Shown piece after piece: positions 16,060-31,200 of a stretch of 64,000 nucleotides of DNA. The stretch is from NCBI GenBank assembly GCA_044892525.1, contig CM097885.1, positions 42,906,001 to 42,970,000 on the forward strand, given 5' to 3'. A model generated the notes under the pieces. It was given only the letters and a program-made list of their open reading frames with translations, did no database searches and was not told the DNA's origin. Origin of the DNA: Schmidtea polychroa (Eukaryota). The stretch's first letter is position 1. Each line of letters begins with the position of its first letter. The position numbers and the translations under genes were made by a program.

Positions 16060-16750
16060 TAATATTATTATAACAGATAAAATTGCTTACTTTTTGACTA
16101 CCTGAAAATGTTCTTAATTTTAAATATTAATTGTTTTTAAAAGGACATAAGAATCATATAAGAACCAATAAAATTTGTAAATAAATGTGCAAATTATGGT
16201 TTAATGTAAAATAAATTCCCAACTGGTCACTATCAAATTTCATTACATATAAGTCAAATAATTTCATATTAATAAATTATAAAGCAATTCTCGATTTAGC
16301 ACAGCAAACTCAGTTTTATGCTAATTATTAATCTTTTGTAATTTAATTTCTCTGTTTTCATGGCTGTGTAATTATTTTGTGGAACTTTGTTCCTGTTAAA
16401 ATTACAGATTTTAGTTCCTTTTCTCTTTAATTGCTAATGCGCCGAAGTGACAAAAATAAATCGGATTTGTTTATAATGTTTAAATTTCGATTATCCTTTT
16501 TGTTTCAATTTTTAAAAATTTGTATTCATTAATTGCATAAAATGAAATTATAAATATAGATTACTATATTACAATTTTATAATAAATAATTTAATACTCA
16601 ACAATTATTACTGTAAATAATATGAAAAATATTTAATAATATGACAAAATATGAAAATGATTTTTTCTGCTTTTCTAGGCATTAGCCGTAAAATATAAAA
16701 AATTTGTAAAAAATACATTATTTCATTCATATTACATTTAATATTTTATA

Positions 16751-17325
16751 CTCCCTCCGTCCGGTAATATGGTATACATTTCAACAAAAATCGTAGATTA
16801 TCCTGAATATAAAAATAAATAGGCAACTGTCATGACATTGTCATAGTAAATATTCATGACAATATAATCTAAAATATTTGACTTAAGTAATATCATTCTT
16901 AGTTAAAAACTTACCGCTCAAACATCAGTGTTTCTTGAGGTAGATAAAATTAGTACCGCTGCAAGACGAATATGGAAAATGTGGAAGGAAATTTGTTAAA
17001 TTTAGAAAGAAGAGATTCAAAATATATCATTTAAGTAAAGGAAAACTTCGTCGCGAAGGTCGACTGCTAGAAAAATATGTATGTTCTAAAGAAACATACA
17101 ATAAAGCCAAATCAAATTTCGAGTGAACTTATTAATATAAATATTTATTTTTTTAAATTTTATTTAATATTTACATTAATATTTATTAAAATGTTTCAAA
17201 TAAAGGTAATATAATAAACTTGTCATGTACATTTTTTGATTTATTTTATTTTTTCGCAAATGTATACCATATTTCCGGACAACAAAAATCGCTCAAATGT
17301 ATACCATATTTCCGAACGGAGGGAG
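16751..17325. mobile_element. Tc1/mariner-type MITE (575 bp) with Stowaway-like CTCCCTCCGT termini
   Basis: TA|CTCCCTCCGTCCGGTAATATGGTATACATTT ... AAATGTATACCATATTTCCGAACGGAGGGAG|TA: about 31-bp TIR and TA TSD. A subterminal direct repeat AAATGTATACCATATTTCCG occurs at 17258 and 17295. Confidence 0.9.
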
Positions 17326-19848
17326 TACAATATATCATTTAAATTTTAAATTTTTTAAAATTGTTAATAAACTTGATAAACCAAAATTTTTATACCTAAG
17401 ATTAGTGGATGTACGCAATTTGGCGTTATATGAAGTTTCCCAGTATGACAAAAATTAATCAAAAAAATTAAAAAGTATTGCAATATAAATTGTAAAATTT
17501 CGTTGAACGTGAATAATTAATATGCTTTAATTATTATGAATTTTCAATTTAATTTACAAGGTAAAATAATATATATATATATATATATATTGTTATTGTT
17601 ATTGTTATTATTATTTTTCGAATAACTTCCTTTACACAAAACGGAATTTATTTTTGAAAACACTAACAGTAGTAATTGCGGAACTTTTAATTTAAATTTT
17701 AATGAATGTAAAACATTCGTTAAATTTCTACATGATTGAAGAAGACGGTTTACAGTTCATAGCATTGTAATATTGTGATGTATTTCTCCTAAATAAAGGT
17801 CCCGGCATAAGCTGAAAATAGAATTGCAAGAAATTCGTGGCAAAATTCAGATTTGGAGAGTTATGTCAATTTTCGAAAAGAATAAGATATAGACATTTAT
17901 ACATAGCAATTTAAGATGTATGTCTTTTCAACAGTCAAAAATTTTCATGTGACTTAAAACACACTAAAGATAATGTAAAGTAATTAAAATAAACAGTATT
18001 CATGCAAAATTAAATGAAGATTAAATAGAAAACATCATAATATTAAAAATTAAATAAAAAATTAAATTTTCAGTTATGGGTTTTGGGTTTTTTGGTTGTT
18101 TAAATTGCTAAATAAAGTACATAAATATAATAGCGGAAACAACTGAAATGAAAGATATTTATTAAAAAGAAATGTTGCAATATACAAACATTTAAGATTC
18201 ATTGGATTTTATAAGGTCTAGGTGATTTTATGGTAAAATGGACGTGGTCACATTTTAATCTAAGGACAACATGGAAAACATATTTCATTCAACAGTAATT
18301 GAGCACTAATGTCATTGAGTTAACTAACTGAAACTTTGGTTAAAATTTGACTTGCTATATCTAAATTAATTTCTGCCTTACACTTAATTGGTTGACAAAA
18401 CGAGCTTAATAAAACTTGGGCATTTATGAGATTAAAATCATGAACATTTCTATAATATTTCTTTCTTTAATTTGAATTTTATTATATCTAAATTCATCTA
18501 TCATATTTATACTTAAAGTTGATGTCGAATGGTCATTTAAAATTAATAAAAAGTAATTTGACAAATACAAATGTTTGACAATCACCAAATTTCTGAAGTA
18601 TTTTAAATTTATGAATAACTTTTGTTTAAATTCCGAAAATGATAATATCATGTAATATGTTAACTTTGTGGAGGTCATCCTCAATCAAGCCTTCTATATG
18701 TCTTAGAGTGATTAAAATAAGGTAAATATTAACAATATAATTATTAATCTCCTTCTTCGCCTTTTTTAGTAACAGTTTCAAATAGTGTTAACATTGTTAT
18801 ATTTAATATTTACCATGAATAATATATATATATATATATATATATTTGACAATAAAATGTTGACAACAATGTCGAAATAATAATATGTAAAACATGCGTA
18901 TTATTATATTTCGCTGAAACATTTATATCATAAATTCAGTTTAATAAATATATATAAATTTTTTTAATAAATAATAAGTTTCTAAAATGCGTTTGCCCTG
19001 TATAATTTTTGATTAAAACAGGAATTTTTATTAATTTTTATTATTAAAATTAATTAATTAATTAAAATTTATAAATAAAATATTTGATAAATAATAGTTG
19101 TTAAATAATAGTGTGTTAATTATGAAAAATCTTGAAATGTATATATTTAGAGTCCCATATATAATAATTAAATTGGGACTGTTACACGATAAATAAATAT
19201 ATTTGGGTTTACAATGAAAAAATAAAAATTTCATTTATTCGTTTGATATATTAACTATATAAATTTAAATTTTCACTTTCATTTATCAATGCAACCATCT
19301 TTGAATCATCTTTACTCTCCCTGGAATTAAGGTACAATATTTTGTTGGTTTTTTGTCATTTGTAACTTTGTTTTCTGAAATTCTTATTAATGTTTTATTT
19401 AAAAAATTGACTTGATTTTTAGATAATCCACTTTGACAGTTTTTAGCACCTGACAACTTAAAACAGGCAAAAATGTAAACAACTAAAAATGAAATACAAA
19501 AAACTGATTTGACATTATACCAATACATTTAATACCAAATAAATTCTTGAAATTTAGAAAAATGCCTCAATATTAATATAATTCATTTTATCTACATTAT
19601 ATACAAGATGAAGATTTTCTGATAAATTTTGCTTTAACTGCAAATTTAAAAGAAAAAGCAAGATTGATCTTTTATAACAGGTGTCTCAACCTTTATTCTT
19701 CATACTTCCTCTTAAAGTAATTTTATTTTTCCCATTCCACAATTATACTCAAAATACGAATAAATAAAAAATAGTTAACGAATATTATTTTATTTAAATA
19801 TTAATTAATTTTTGTTATATTATTTAATATTATTTCATTATTATATAA

Positions 19849-21042
19849 CAGGGGTGGCCAACCTTTTCTTCCATAAGAGTCAAAACCATAAACTTAAATT
19901 ATGGAAAGCCACAATTTAACAAAAAATAAAAAAAACAAAATTTATTTTTACATAAATGTTTTTTTAAGCAATCATTCATTTCAAAATTGATTTATTATTC
20001 ACTATCAAATGTTTCTTTTTTGGGATGGCGTTTCGGCTGCAAATTTCTTAAAATTTGGCTTACAATTTATTAATACAATGTGAAGAAGTTCGGATAAGTG
20101 TACATTTGTTAGCCGCGAGAGATATTTTGACTTAATATACTTCATTGCAGAATACAAAGATTCACAACTGTAGGCCGTGCCAAACATTGAGATTAAAAAA
20201 TAGATATAAAAAAATATATAAAATCAGGTATTCTCAGATCACTTTTTTAAAGAGCAACAAGACCTATATTGTTACCTAACATCGCAGATCCATCATCGGT
20301 TGCAACGATTACGAGTCGCTTCAAAGGTATTAGATGACAATATTGTGTCCAGTGTATTCTTAATATCAATCCCACGGGTTGCATCCGTGAGTGCTACTAA
20401 ATCCAGCAATTCTTCTTTCACGGTTGCATCGGCATTGCAGATAAATATCGGATAAATACATCTAGTTGTGGATTTTCTTGAATGTCTGTAGATTCATCGA
20501 GAGCTAAACTAAGCGCTACAATGTTTTTTTATATAAACTATTAGCTGTTCTACACAATCTCTATTCATTTCAAAAACACGTCTCTCGGTTGTATGTCGTG
20601 AAATCGGAATTTGTCCAACCAATCTATGTAATTTGGTATTATTAGAAGCTAGCATCTTGACAACCTTACATATATTTTTCTTTATTAATTCACCTTCTGT
20701 ATACGGGCGTTTAGCTCGGGCAATATTCCAGAATATGGCGTAACTAGTCTCGACAACAAAAATACTTTCATTAGTAAATGATGATAACAAATTGTGCTGG
20801 GAACTTAGTCCAGCTTTTTTTGACGAATTCATTTTGGTATGATGGTATTATAATGGTATTATAATGGTATTATAGGGATAAGTGATGATAAAACTTCCGT
20901 GGTTCTGTTCATGATGCAGTGTCTGGTTGCACATAAGACATGTTGGTTTACCGTTTCTTTCAATAAACGCATAATCATCCTCCTATCTTAATTTAAAACT
21001 TCTATTTTCTTCTTCATATAATCTTTTCTTGTTTTCTGTCAT
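19849..21042 (-). pseudogene. Decayed hAT (Buster/Charlie, GTF2IRD2-like) transposase with its 3' terminal inverted repeat
   Basis: N-terminus MTENKKRLYEEENRSF...DYAFIE..GKPTCLMC (BED-like) from 21042. Then IARAKRPYTEGELIK...PISRHTTERR (20509-20832), SLALDESTD, and C-terminal dimerisation motif FGTAYSCESLYSAMKYIKSKYLSRLTNVHL (20005-20187). hAT-type terminus CAGGGGTGGCCAACC at 19849. Stops, frameshifts and an internal deletion. Confidence 0.88.
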
Positions 21043-24000
21043 ACTGACGAAATAATTAATGGGTGTCAAAAACTACAAAGTTTTGTTTGAAAAGGAAATG
21101 GTAGTTAAAGGCTGTAAACAAAACCAAATATATATATTGGAAATATATGTATTTGACATGCATATTTGTTATTAAAGTATTTTATTAAATTTTGTTTATA
21201 ATTATTCAAATTAAAAGTTTTATTAGTGGTTTGCATAACTTGTTTTTGAAAGATTAAAATTGACATGGAAAGGCAATTTATGTTAAAAATATAAAACGTT
21301 TTTAGTTATTCATAAAAAATGTTAATTTCAGAAAAAAATTAAATTTTAAAAGATTTTTTTTAAAGTTTCTGCGGGTAATCTTTATAATGTATTTTTGATC
21401 GCATCTTGTAGTGTTTGGTTTTGTTTTTGATGTATTCATTGAGTTGCGTTTGCATTGTTCTGTGTTTCCTCTATGTACGTTGCATCACATTTTAAGAAAG
21501 TGATTTGATATACACTGTTTTTCGAAAAGCAGAAACATTTGGTAGAGGAGTGGCAGAGTCAATCTCTATGAAAAGGCTCTGATATTGGAGATTTTTGAGA
21601 TTCAGTCATACGATTTATTTCTAAATAGATCAGAATCATATAGAAAAAGAAATATATTTTGATGGAAAAGCCAGAATATTATCATAAATCATATTGAGAT
21701 TGAAAACTAAGTTAAAACCTTATCAGAGCCTTTTAATAATTTGAAAGGAGAATAAAATTATGCAATACAACTGTTCCTAGGTATTTTTGAATAGCAAACA
21801 ATAGATATGATAAAACTACATCGTACGAGTCACAAATTAGATTACTTAGAGTTACTTAGGATACAATGCGTGACTTCCATATCTATTATTTTCAGAAAGT
21901 CCTTACTGGTAAAATTCACAAAATTGAACAATGAAAATACACAATTTCTTAACTAAATTTATTTTAATTAATGTGTTTAACAAATTACAATAAATTACAA
22001 AATATATTATAAAATTATATTCTTCTTTTTTCTTCCTCACTGATTTTAATTTCAATTTATTTTTATTAAATAAATTTTTACAAATCTTAATTTGAGTGCC
22101 ATTTATCATAAACGGTAAGGAATGTTAAAAGTTCTATTAACTTTAATATTACTAGTCTTCATTTAAACAATATAAAAATAAAAGATAAGTGATTTTCATA
22201 AAGCTTACTTATGAAAAACCTTACTATATGAAAGTATAATATGTTTTGCTTCGTTTAGAAATCTAGATCATTACAAAATTACAAAATTATAAAATTTCAT
22301 TTTTTTTGAAAGAAATAAACAAAACAAACAAAAATATTAGGGAAATGTTTTTTATATATCTTTAATCTAGTTTGATTTAATAATAAATGCGTAAGTAAAT
22401 TTTTTTAAATAAATTATTTAAACTTATTAAATACTTTTAAATTTTTAAATTTTATTAAATATAATAAAATTTTGAATTAATCTTTTATTGTAATTTTTAT
22501 ACTAAATTAAAAAAAAATAAAATTTGGAGGATTCAGAATTTGAAAATGTGAAAACATAAAATGAAAACGAAAACTGAAAAAAATTGAATAATAAAAGAAA
22601 TTTTTGTTTGTTGAAATTTAATTTTTAGCTTAAATTTGTTGAAGAAATATAAATTTATTCTACAATAAATTTTAAAATGTTTCATGAGTATGTACTAAAA
22701 TTTAGTTATGTTTTAAAGAAATTTACATTAAAAATATTATTTAATTGAACTCGCATTAAAACATTTGTACAATTTAAAATTTAAATAAATAGTTTTAATT
22801 AAAAGATATTGATGCGTTATATTTTCCTGTTATTTAAAAAATAACATTTTTTAATAAATATGCTTAAAAAACAGTAAATATATATTTGTTTAAATCATCT
22901 AACTCATTTATATTTAATTATTATTAGCCACAGAGCTACGGGTATTAATAGAATCCATAACTAAAACACGTTTATTATAAAAACACAAATATTATTAAAA
23001 CAAATTATATCGTCAATTTGTTTGAGGAGTTTCTAAAAAATAATAATTAATGTATAAGTAAGGATTTCAGCATACAATCAAACATGCACAACATCATACC
23101 ATTATTTAAATACAAATTACAAAACGCCTCACAATTATTATTCGATTAATACTATAATTAACGCTCGAAAAATCGGAAAAATATCGCACAAAGTACTTAA
23201 AATATTTGACGAATTATTAAACTTTTATACACCTTATTACTGGTAAGAATTCTTTATAAGCTTAATATCGTGTTTAGTATTGTCTTAAAATTGAATTCTT
23301 TGATCAAATTCTGAACCAAAAGCGTTTAAAAAAAGCTTTAAAAATGTAAAAATCCTTTAATAAAAATCAAATCAGTGAAATTTAATTTTTATTTCAAGAT
23401 ATTCTAGTAAAACTTAACCCTTTGGAGTCCGATTTATTTTTCTTTTACTTGTGTTATTCCTCTGGTCAGATTTTACTGACAAACTGTGAGGTTATGTAAT
23501 TATTTGTAAACAAACTCTTGCATAATGTGCATTGATAGCATGATATATTTGTAAATAATGGGAAATGGGATTTATTTGAAACATTAGGTGCACAAAATAC
23601 ATGATTGGAACGCATATTTCCCGATAGACTCCAAACGAAATTAGTGAAAATTGAAATTTAAACAAATGTTTATGTGAAATGAAATTTTGATTTTATGTCA
23701 TTTGAGGGTCTATTTCAACAATGAAGATTTGATCAAATAATTTTATTTATTAATTTAAATTACAAAATACAAATTAAAACAGCACAAATAATTTAATTAT
23801 GAGTATAAAGTATTTGTGCTGCACACTTAATGGTATTCTTAGAAATATATCTAAAATACCCTACACAATCCTCATGAATAATATTTTTTACTTCGGATAA
23901 CACAAGTTCTGGTAAAGATACTAATTCATCTTAATCTAGACCCTATAATAAACAATAAAAGAATATTGGTATTTTACTTAAAAATTAAAAATTCGTCAAT

Positions 24001-25193
24001 GTGTTTAAAAGATATCTGTAAAGTATGACTGTCAAACATCGCAAGATCTGCCTTAGTACTGGGGACGTCGAGGTATCCATCATATTTCTTACAAAATAAA
24101 CTTTGTAATTATTAAATACAGTACACTAAATTATTTTCAAAATTTAATTTTCTTTCGATTTCTTTACGATTTACATTACTGTTTTTTTTTGTTTTTATTC
24201 AAATAATTTAATATTTATAAATGTTAAGAAAAAATTGTATTGTTTAAATTTACTATATATATGAGTAGTACTTATGTAAAATAAAAAATTAATTTGTAAA
24301 ATTGCAAATAAACTTTATGAGCAGTTTTAGTAGTTACATACATTTTTGTAAAATTCAAATCATTTGGCGGGCCGCATTTTCAAACGTCTTGGGACGCGGG
24401 TTGGCCACTGCTGATTTAATAGAACCTAATCAAAATAATTAATTATGTAAAATTATTTCTTGTTAATTTGAATTTAAACTAAAAATATTTTTGGCTTAAA
24501 TTTTTCTGTAATATCCAATTTTACAAAATTGCATCTTTATAACGCAATAAAATACGCACATGGACCACTAGTCCAATTTGAGTATAATATTGCCTCAGGC
24601 CGAAAAACATATTTTGTTATTTTAAAAGTTTTTAATTTTTTAAAAATAATTTTATTTTCCACGGCACCAATATATAAATGCAACTTATAAAACATTAGAT
24701 TATCTATTTATATGAATGTGTTTTTCTACATTCCATAAAAGTATTTAATATGTTACTTATATGTTTTAAAATTTTAAATTTCAATGTTACAATTTATCGG
24801 CAAATATAAGCGGCCCTCATTAAAGTTGACATGACAGTCAAAATATTTAACATAAAATATTTAGAATACTTTAATTTATTTTTATAATTGCTTTTTGTAA
24901 TAATACAAAAAATAATTTTTATTCATTAATAATTATTTTGATTAGAAATTAATAAATTGATCAAACATATATTATTTATTATTTATTTATTTCACATTTA
25001 TTATTTATTGATTTTTCAATTATAATTTTTTGATAAATTTTAGCAATGCAAAATTTGTAAAATAAATAAAACAAAATTTGTTTTAATATTAAATGCAACA
25101 AATTTATCAAAGTATTTGATGTATGAATTAATATAATAAATATTTAGTAAATTTTGAGATATATTTAAAACAAAAAATTCAATTGTAACTTAC

Positions 25194-25419
25194 ATGGTTT
25201 ACATGTCACCCCGTAAGACTCCTTAATATTAACGAATTGTGGCTTGCAGTAACATTTGTTTTTCTTTTTCAAACAAAAACTATTTGCAACCTTTTCTTCA
25301 CAGAACCTATTTCCATATTCCAAACAAGGCCCTGGATGAACAACATCATATTGAATACTGCATGGAAAAAATAGCATCCCAATAAATAATAGTTCTCCAT
25401 AAATATTTTCAAATGTCAT
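25194..25419 (-). CDS. First coding exon of a host secreted Cys-rich (EB/EGF-like) protein
   Basis: MTFENIYGELLFIGMLFFPCSIQYDVVHPGPCLEYGNRFCEEKVANSFCLKKKNKCYCKPQFVNIKESYGVTCKP, then T|GTAAGT (canonical donor, phase 1). Hydrophobic N-terminus plus a 6-Cys module. Start codon uncertain. Confidence 0.7.
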
Positions 25420-28360
25420 TAAAGATGGATCATGTAATTGTCGCAAGGAAAGAATTTGTGCAAACACTTTTTTTGCCTTTTCTCAATTTTTGTAAAATAT
25501 TTATTCTTCATACGATGCAGAAATCAACCAATAAGATCGTTAGAAAATTGATGAAAATATTTTTGTTATTATTTTAATATTTTTTTATAAACCCTTTTTT
25601 GAATGAAACAAACGAATTTTTTTTTCATAGCAATTAAAATTCATTTTATTAAATTTATTAGTATTTAAAAACTATTATTATTATTATTTTATTATTATTA
25701 CTATTATTATTAATAATTATTATTACTATTATTATTAATAATTATTATTACTATTATTATTAATAATTATTTTTAAATATTATTATTATTAATATAAATA
25801 ATATAATGTATTACTTTATAAAACGAATTTTTAAGAATTATGAACACGATTTAATATTAATCTGTCTAAAATGAACTCAAATATATTGCTCATCTTAAAT
25901 AAAATAAAAAAAGGTTATTATTTTCAAAGGAATTGATTATTTATTTATTAATTGAAATAAAATGAAATTGAAATATTAAATAAAAAATAATTTTACTTTT
26001 AATATTTTTCTGACAAAATTAGTTAAATTTTCAGATCAATTTTTCGTCTATTCGTTTATAGTTTGTTTTTAACTTGCTCGCAATATTGTTTTAATTTACT
26101 CAACAAAATGATGTACAATTTGAAAATATTTCTCAATAATCCTGTAGTTCCTTATCTTATTGCCATTTTGGATTTGAAATTGTATTTTTTCCGAGAGATT
26201 AATTAGGAAAATTGAAGATTAAATCATCTTTTGCCAAAACAATAACTACTGAGCACGCACAAAATAGGGAAAAGATGGAATATATGTAGAAATAAACAAG
26301 AATCAACGTAGTTTTTTGTGGTGAATAATAAATAAACTAAATTATGATTTTTAAAATATACAAAATGTAAATGTGAAGGTCTGTAATATTTTAAATAGGG
26401 AAAACTTTTACTTCTGTATTTAATAAATTACATCATGTCAAATAATTTATATAATCGCCATCTCATCATTACAGATTACAACAAAATTATTTTTTTATTA
26501 TTTATTCCGGTGAGTCGTTTGAACTTTTTATGGGAATTTATAAAATATTTTTATTTTATTATTATATTACTGGATTATGGATATTATTCAAAATTAAGAA
26601 ATATAATATAATTATTAACGGTACCGTTGCAATATTATGTGACAGATTAAGGGTGTATATCAGTTTCTATGGTGCTAAGTGTCTTATGGGTGAAATCCAT
26701 TTTGCCTTGGAACTATCAAAGGATTTATTGAAAAAATAAAACTTTCTTCTGAAACAATTCTAATAGGGCTATGTCCAATTAGTGGTTTATTAATGTCAGA
26801 GTATTTGTTAAAGTTGAAGACTGTTTAACTTGGAAGTTCAAAAGGTTTAAGTGTTTGAAAATAATAATTCGCCTTGTCAAACTGGTTCAACAAAGGGAGA
26901 TATCACACCAAGAAGAATTACTAAAATGTCTTATTATTATAAATATTGCTAATGCCTAAAAATGTATAATATATTCTGCGTATAATATAAAAATATATTT
27001 AGAAACAATTTTCAAATCTTAGTGGCATAATTGGCATGCAATTCCATAAACAATACAACAGTTAAGGTATTAAGATTCTTTATCACTTTCATCATCCTTA
27101 ATTGATGTTTCTTCACAAAGAATGCCAATATAATTTGTTTCAACAATCTCTTAGCAAAAGATCCAGTTTTTTGGGTTTGTGACATCTTTTTGAATTTCGA
27201 AACTTTGAAAATTTTAACGTTTACTCAAAAATGCAGATTAAACAAACTTGAATGTATATAACATATTAATTTCATTTTATTTCATTCGAGAATAATAATC
27301 TTTCCTACCTGTCATTTCTTCACTTAAATAAATCACAAATAGCCAGCTACAGATTTTATTTATACAAAGAATACTTAATTTGATATTTTCTTAGCAAACT
27401 GCTCATGCAAATTATTGTAATTTTCTTTACCTTTCATTATCTCTTCAAAAGGATACAAGATATTCATGCATAAAAGCTGTATTATTACTTTCAATATTTT
27501 AATCTTTTTTTACCTCTAACATTCAGTGATAAATATTCACCTCCAAATACAACTTTGATAAAATCCAAAAATTCATTTATTCAACATGAATACTATACGA
27601 ATATAAAATAAAAGACTCATTATTAATCATAATAATCCAAATTTAGAGTAATCTTTGCGCCTCTTGATTTATTTTCGATAATAAAACAAAAGAAAATAAG
27701 CTCTCATAAAATTAATGAAAATATTACAGAAAATAAAATATTAAAATTTTATTAAATCATTTTGCAATATTCACTACGGATAATACAATGCTTTATTGCA
27801 TAATTTTCATTAATATATAATAAAAGATTCAACATTGCATTTTTGTAGATGCTAACAGAAGCCTTACTTTAAGATTTTAACCTTCACTTCTAAAAGAAAA
27901 TTACTCATATTATTAAATTAATTGTTAATAAAACATAAATTATATATTTTTAATTAACAAATTACTAAAATATTTTGGTTTAAAATGGAAAATATTTATT
28001 CTACTATAATGGATTATATGCAACGGAATACGGGTATAATTTACAATGTTTTACAAGATGAATTTACAGTTGTTGTCAAAAATATTTTTATATATAATAA
28101 TTAAAATAATTATTATTGCACAGTTATATATATATTATAAATTCTTAATTAAATATTCAAATTAGACTCATAATAATTATGTATTAATTAATTCAAATAT
28201 AATTCGGATTTACTATATTAAAGAAAAGTATTCCTTTCATTAACTTTTACAACGGATGGAAGTTTCACATGGATAAAATTGTATAATTTCCGTTCCTATT
28301 TGATATTACTCAAATTTGTTATATTTTGTCTTGATTTAAAAAATAAATTTTGATTGTTTT

Positions 28361-28364
<4 letters not shown>

Positions 28365-28448
<84 letters not shown>
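28365..28448. repeat. (AT)n microsatellite
   Basis: Direct reading. Confidence 0.95.
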
Positions 28449-28451
<3 letters not shown>

Positions 28452-29018
28452 TCACATTTAATTTATACTTTTTTTAAATCCTGTAATGTTATTTACATTT
28501 ACCTCCAAAATATATTGCTGTTACATTATATTTTGTTTAAATTTCTACAACAATAAATAAATTCAAAAATTAAATTCAAAACCAGCAGTTTTCATCTTTC
28601 AGGCTTGACAATTCGTGTTTCAATTGCTTAATTATATTATTTAAATTTTAAAAACTAAGAGTTAATAATAAAGATTATTTTTCAATGATAGTAAACTTTC
28701 ACTTTTCATTATAACTACTTGTGAAAGTTAAATATTTTCGCAAAATTTAAGAATATTATTGTACATAATTTTTTTACTATTTTAAAATTTAAAAAATATG
28801 TTTTATAAAGACAAATGAAAAATAAAAGAATCTGTAAATTTTAATCTTTCATTTCAAGATTCAACATTTTTAATTAGCTTCATTAATCTCTGAGCAAGTA
28901 ATAAAACTGAAATAACAGATTTTAATGAGATGAATTTAAACAAAATCTCGCCGAATCAAAATATGACTTATTATTTGTTCATTTAATTTGCTAATTTACT
29001 TTGTTTTTCGTTTTTTTA

Positions 29019-29086
<68 letters not shown>

Positions 29087-29191
29087 TAAAACAATAAAAT
29101 GATAATTTAAGTCTTTTGCTGCAAATAATGTAAATATTTTCGACTATAAGATAGTCCTTGTCAATCCTGCTACCAAGAAATCATCACTTTA

Positions 29192-29252
<61 letters not shown>

Positions 29253-29310
29253 ATTATTATTATTGAATAAATAGTTAAACATACATGGCAAAGATTTATT
29301 TATAAGAAAG

Positions 29311-29775
29311 TGCCACTCAAACATTTCATTTGCGATGTATTTTGATAGTTTTCCTGTCATCGTCAGGTAGGATAGAATAACTATAAAAATTATAGATTGT
29401 TGAACAAATTTATTAAGTTTTCGTGAATTCGTGTATAAGAGAAATTTGGTGAAGGGATTGATTTTTCCTTCTTTCTTCTACTTTTGTAAATTGTTGACAA
29501 ATTGATTGAATTGCTAATGAAGAATGGTTATTCAAAATCCTTTTTGTTGGGTTGTTAAATTTAGAAATTTCAAATATTGAATATTTAAAACTCAAAATCA
29601 CGAAATCATCGGATTAAAATTAGAAAGACGGGTTTAATTTTAAAAAATTGAATAAAATATTTTTATTAAAACTATAATATAATTAATATATTTGTTTAAA
29701 AATCTATAATTTCTATAGTTATTCTTTACAGGAAAGCTGTCAAAATATATCGTAAAACGAATGTTTGAGTGGTGC
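29311..29775. mobile_element. Penelope-like remnant with inverted pseudo-LTR pair
   Basis: 29311-29400 is an imperfect reverse complement of 29700-29775 (AATCTATAATTT...ATGTTTGAGTGG). A related copy sits at 32610-32701 beside a Penelope GIY-YIG fragment. Flanked by (ATT)n tracts. Confidence 0.6.
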
Positions 29776-29816
29776 TTTCTGATTATTATTATTATTAATA
29801 TTATTATTATTATTAC

Positions 29817-29867
<51 letters not shown>

Positions 29868-29868
29868 C

Positions 29869-29952
<84 letters not shown>

Positions 29953-30897
29953 TTAATATTATTAATATTAAAATATAATTCAAATAAAAACTATGTAAGG
30001 CATAATCTGCAGTATTTATCAAATAAATTAAATATTTCGACCTGAAGTAGGTTCTGGTCCATTTTAGTTAGAAGAAAGATTTAATCAGAAATGAACAGCG
30101 AAAGAAGGACTTTTTATCGGAGTGATCAGGATCTGTTTTATGTCCAAATATTTCATTCTATGATTAAATATTGTACATTATGGCTAACATATTTATTAAT
30201 TTAAATCATATTTTAAAAAATGTTTCCGCTATCAAAAAAATTTTTTTTTAATATATTATAAATTTTATAAATGTTAACCTTAACTGAAATTGCAATTCTA
30301 ATCATTCATCAGAATAAATATTTCTTATCGTAGGTAAAAAAAGAGTAATTTTAATGCAGTAAACAATAATTGAAGATGTCTACTCAGACTGTTGATGGGA
30401 TTAAATATATTCAAGTCAAATTCTTAATTAAAACAAAATGAAAATAAACAAATTCTCAATGTAAATCGATTCTTGAATTTTTTTTAACATTGATAAATAA
30501 TAAATAATTACAAATTCATTACAAAATTTAATTAGTTTTCAATAATCTTTATGTAGATTTAAGGTTTTTTAAAGAATAACTGTATCACATATTGTGGCTC
30601 GGTAAAAGATATAACTGCGTACAAGCCGCAGATGAGAATGAGGAAATTTTCTGAAAAACTGATCTATGACTTGATCTGTACATTGTAAATATTCATTTTC
30701 CCTTGAACTCAAAGTTTACATCTGACCAAGAACCTAAAACCAACATTTGCTTCAATAATGTTTAAGTTACATTCGAAACTCAGAATAATATTTTTGTTTA
30801 TGAAAAGAAAATGTTATGATAAAGAGGAAAAGAGAAATTACATGTAAATTTTATTTTCTGGAATGATTGAGTCCTGGTTGGTTTGGAAATTATTTAA

Positions 30898-31200
30898 CAC
30901 ATTGTATGCGGGTACATTTTTTGGCGGAATTGTGCTGTAGCGGGGTTTTTTGCGCAAATTTAGTTTTTCAGTAAAATCTCAATAAATCGAAAATTATTTA
31001 AATTTTTAACCAACGTTTCTTATTTTGGTGGGAACATTAATAATAATATCGTAAATATGAAAATTTAAATATAAATATATAGTTTTAATTTTTTCGAATT
31101 ACATTATATTACATTATATCAAAAAACGTACTAGTACTTGACCCGCGCTCAAGTGCCAATCGTAAAAAAACGTACTAGTACGTGTCCCGCATACAATGTG
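30898..31200. mobile_element. MITE, piggyBac-like termini (303 bp)
   Basis: 15-bp TIR CACATTGTATGCGGG / CCCGCATACAATGTG. Left flank TTAA, right flank TTTG. Subterminal direct repeat AAAAAACGTACTAGTAC twice near the right end. Confidence 0.7.

Noticed and set aside
23414..23640. piggyBac-like end TTAA|CCCTTTGGAGTC with partial inverted GACTCCAAA
   Set aside because: No complete second terminus or TTAA TSD was found.
19849..24413. Full-length hAT element bounded by CAGGGGTGGCCAACC and GGTTGGCCACTGCTG
   Set aside because: The TIRs match at 13/15 but the 8-bp flanks differ (TTATATAA vs ATTTAATA), so the ends may belong to different insertions.
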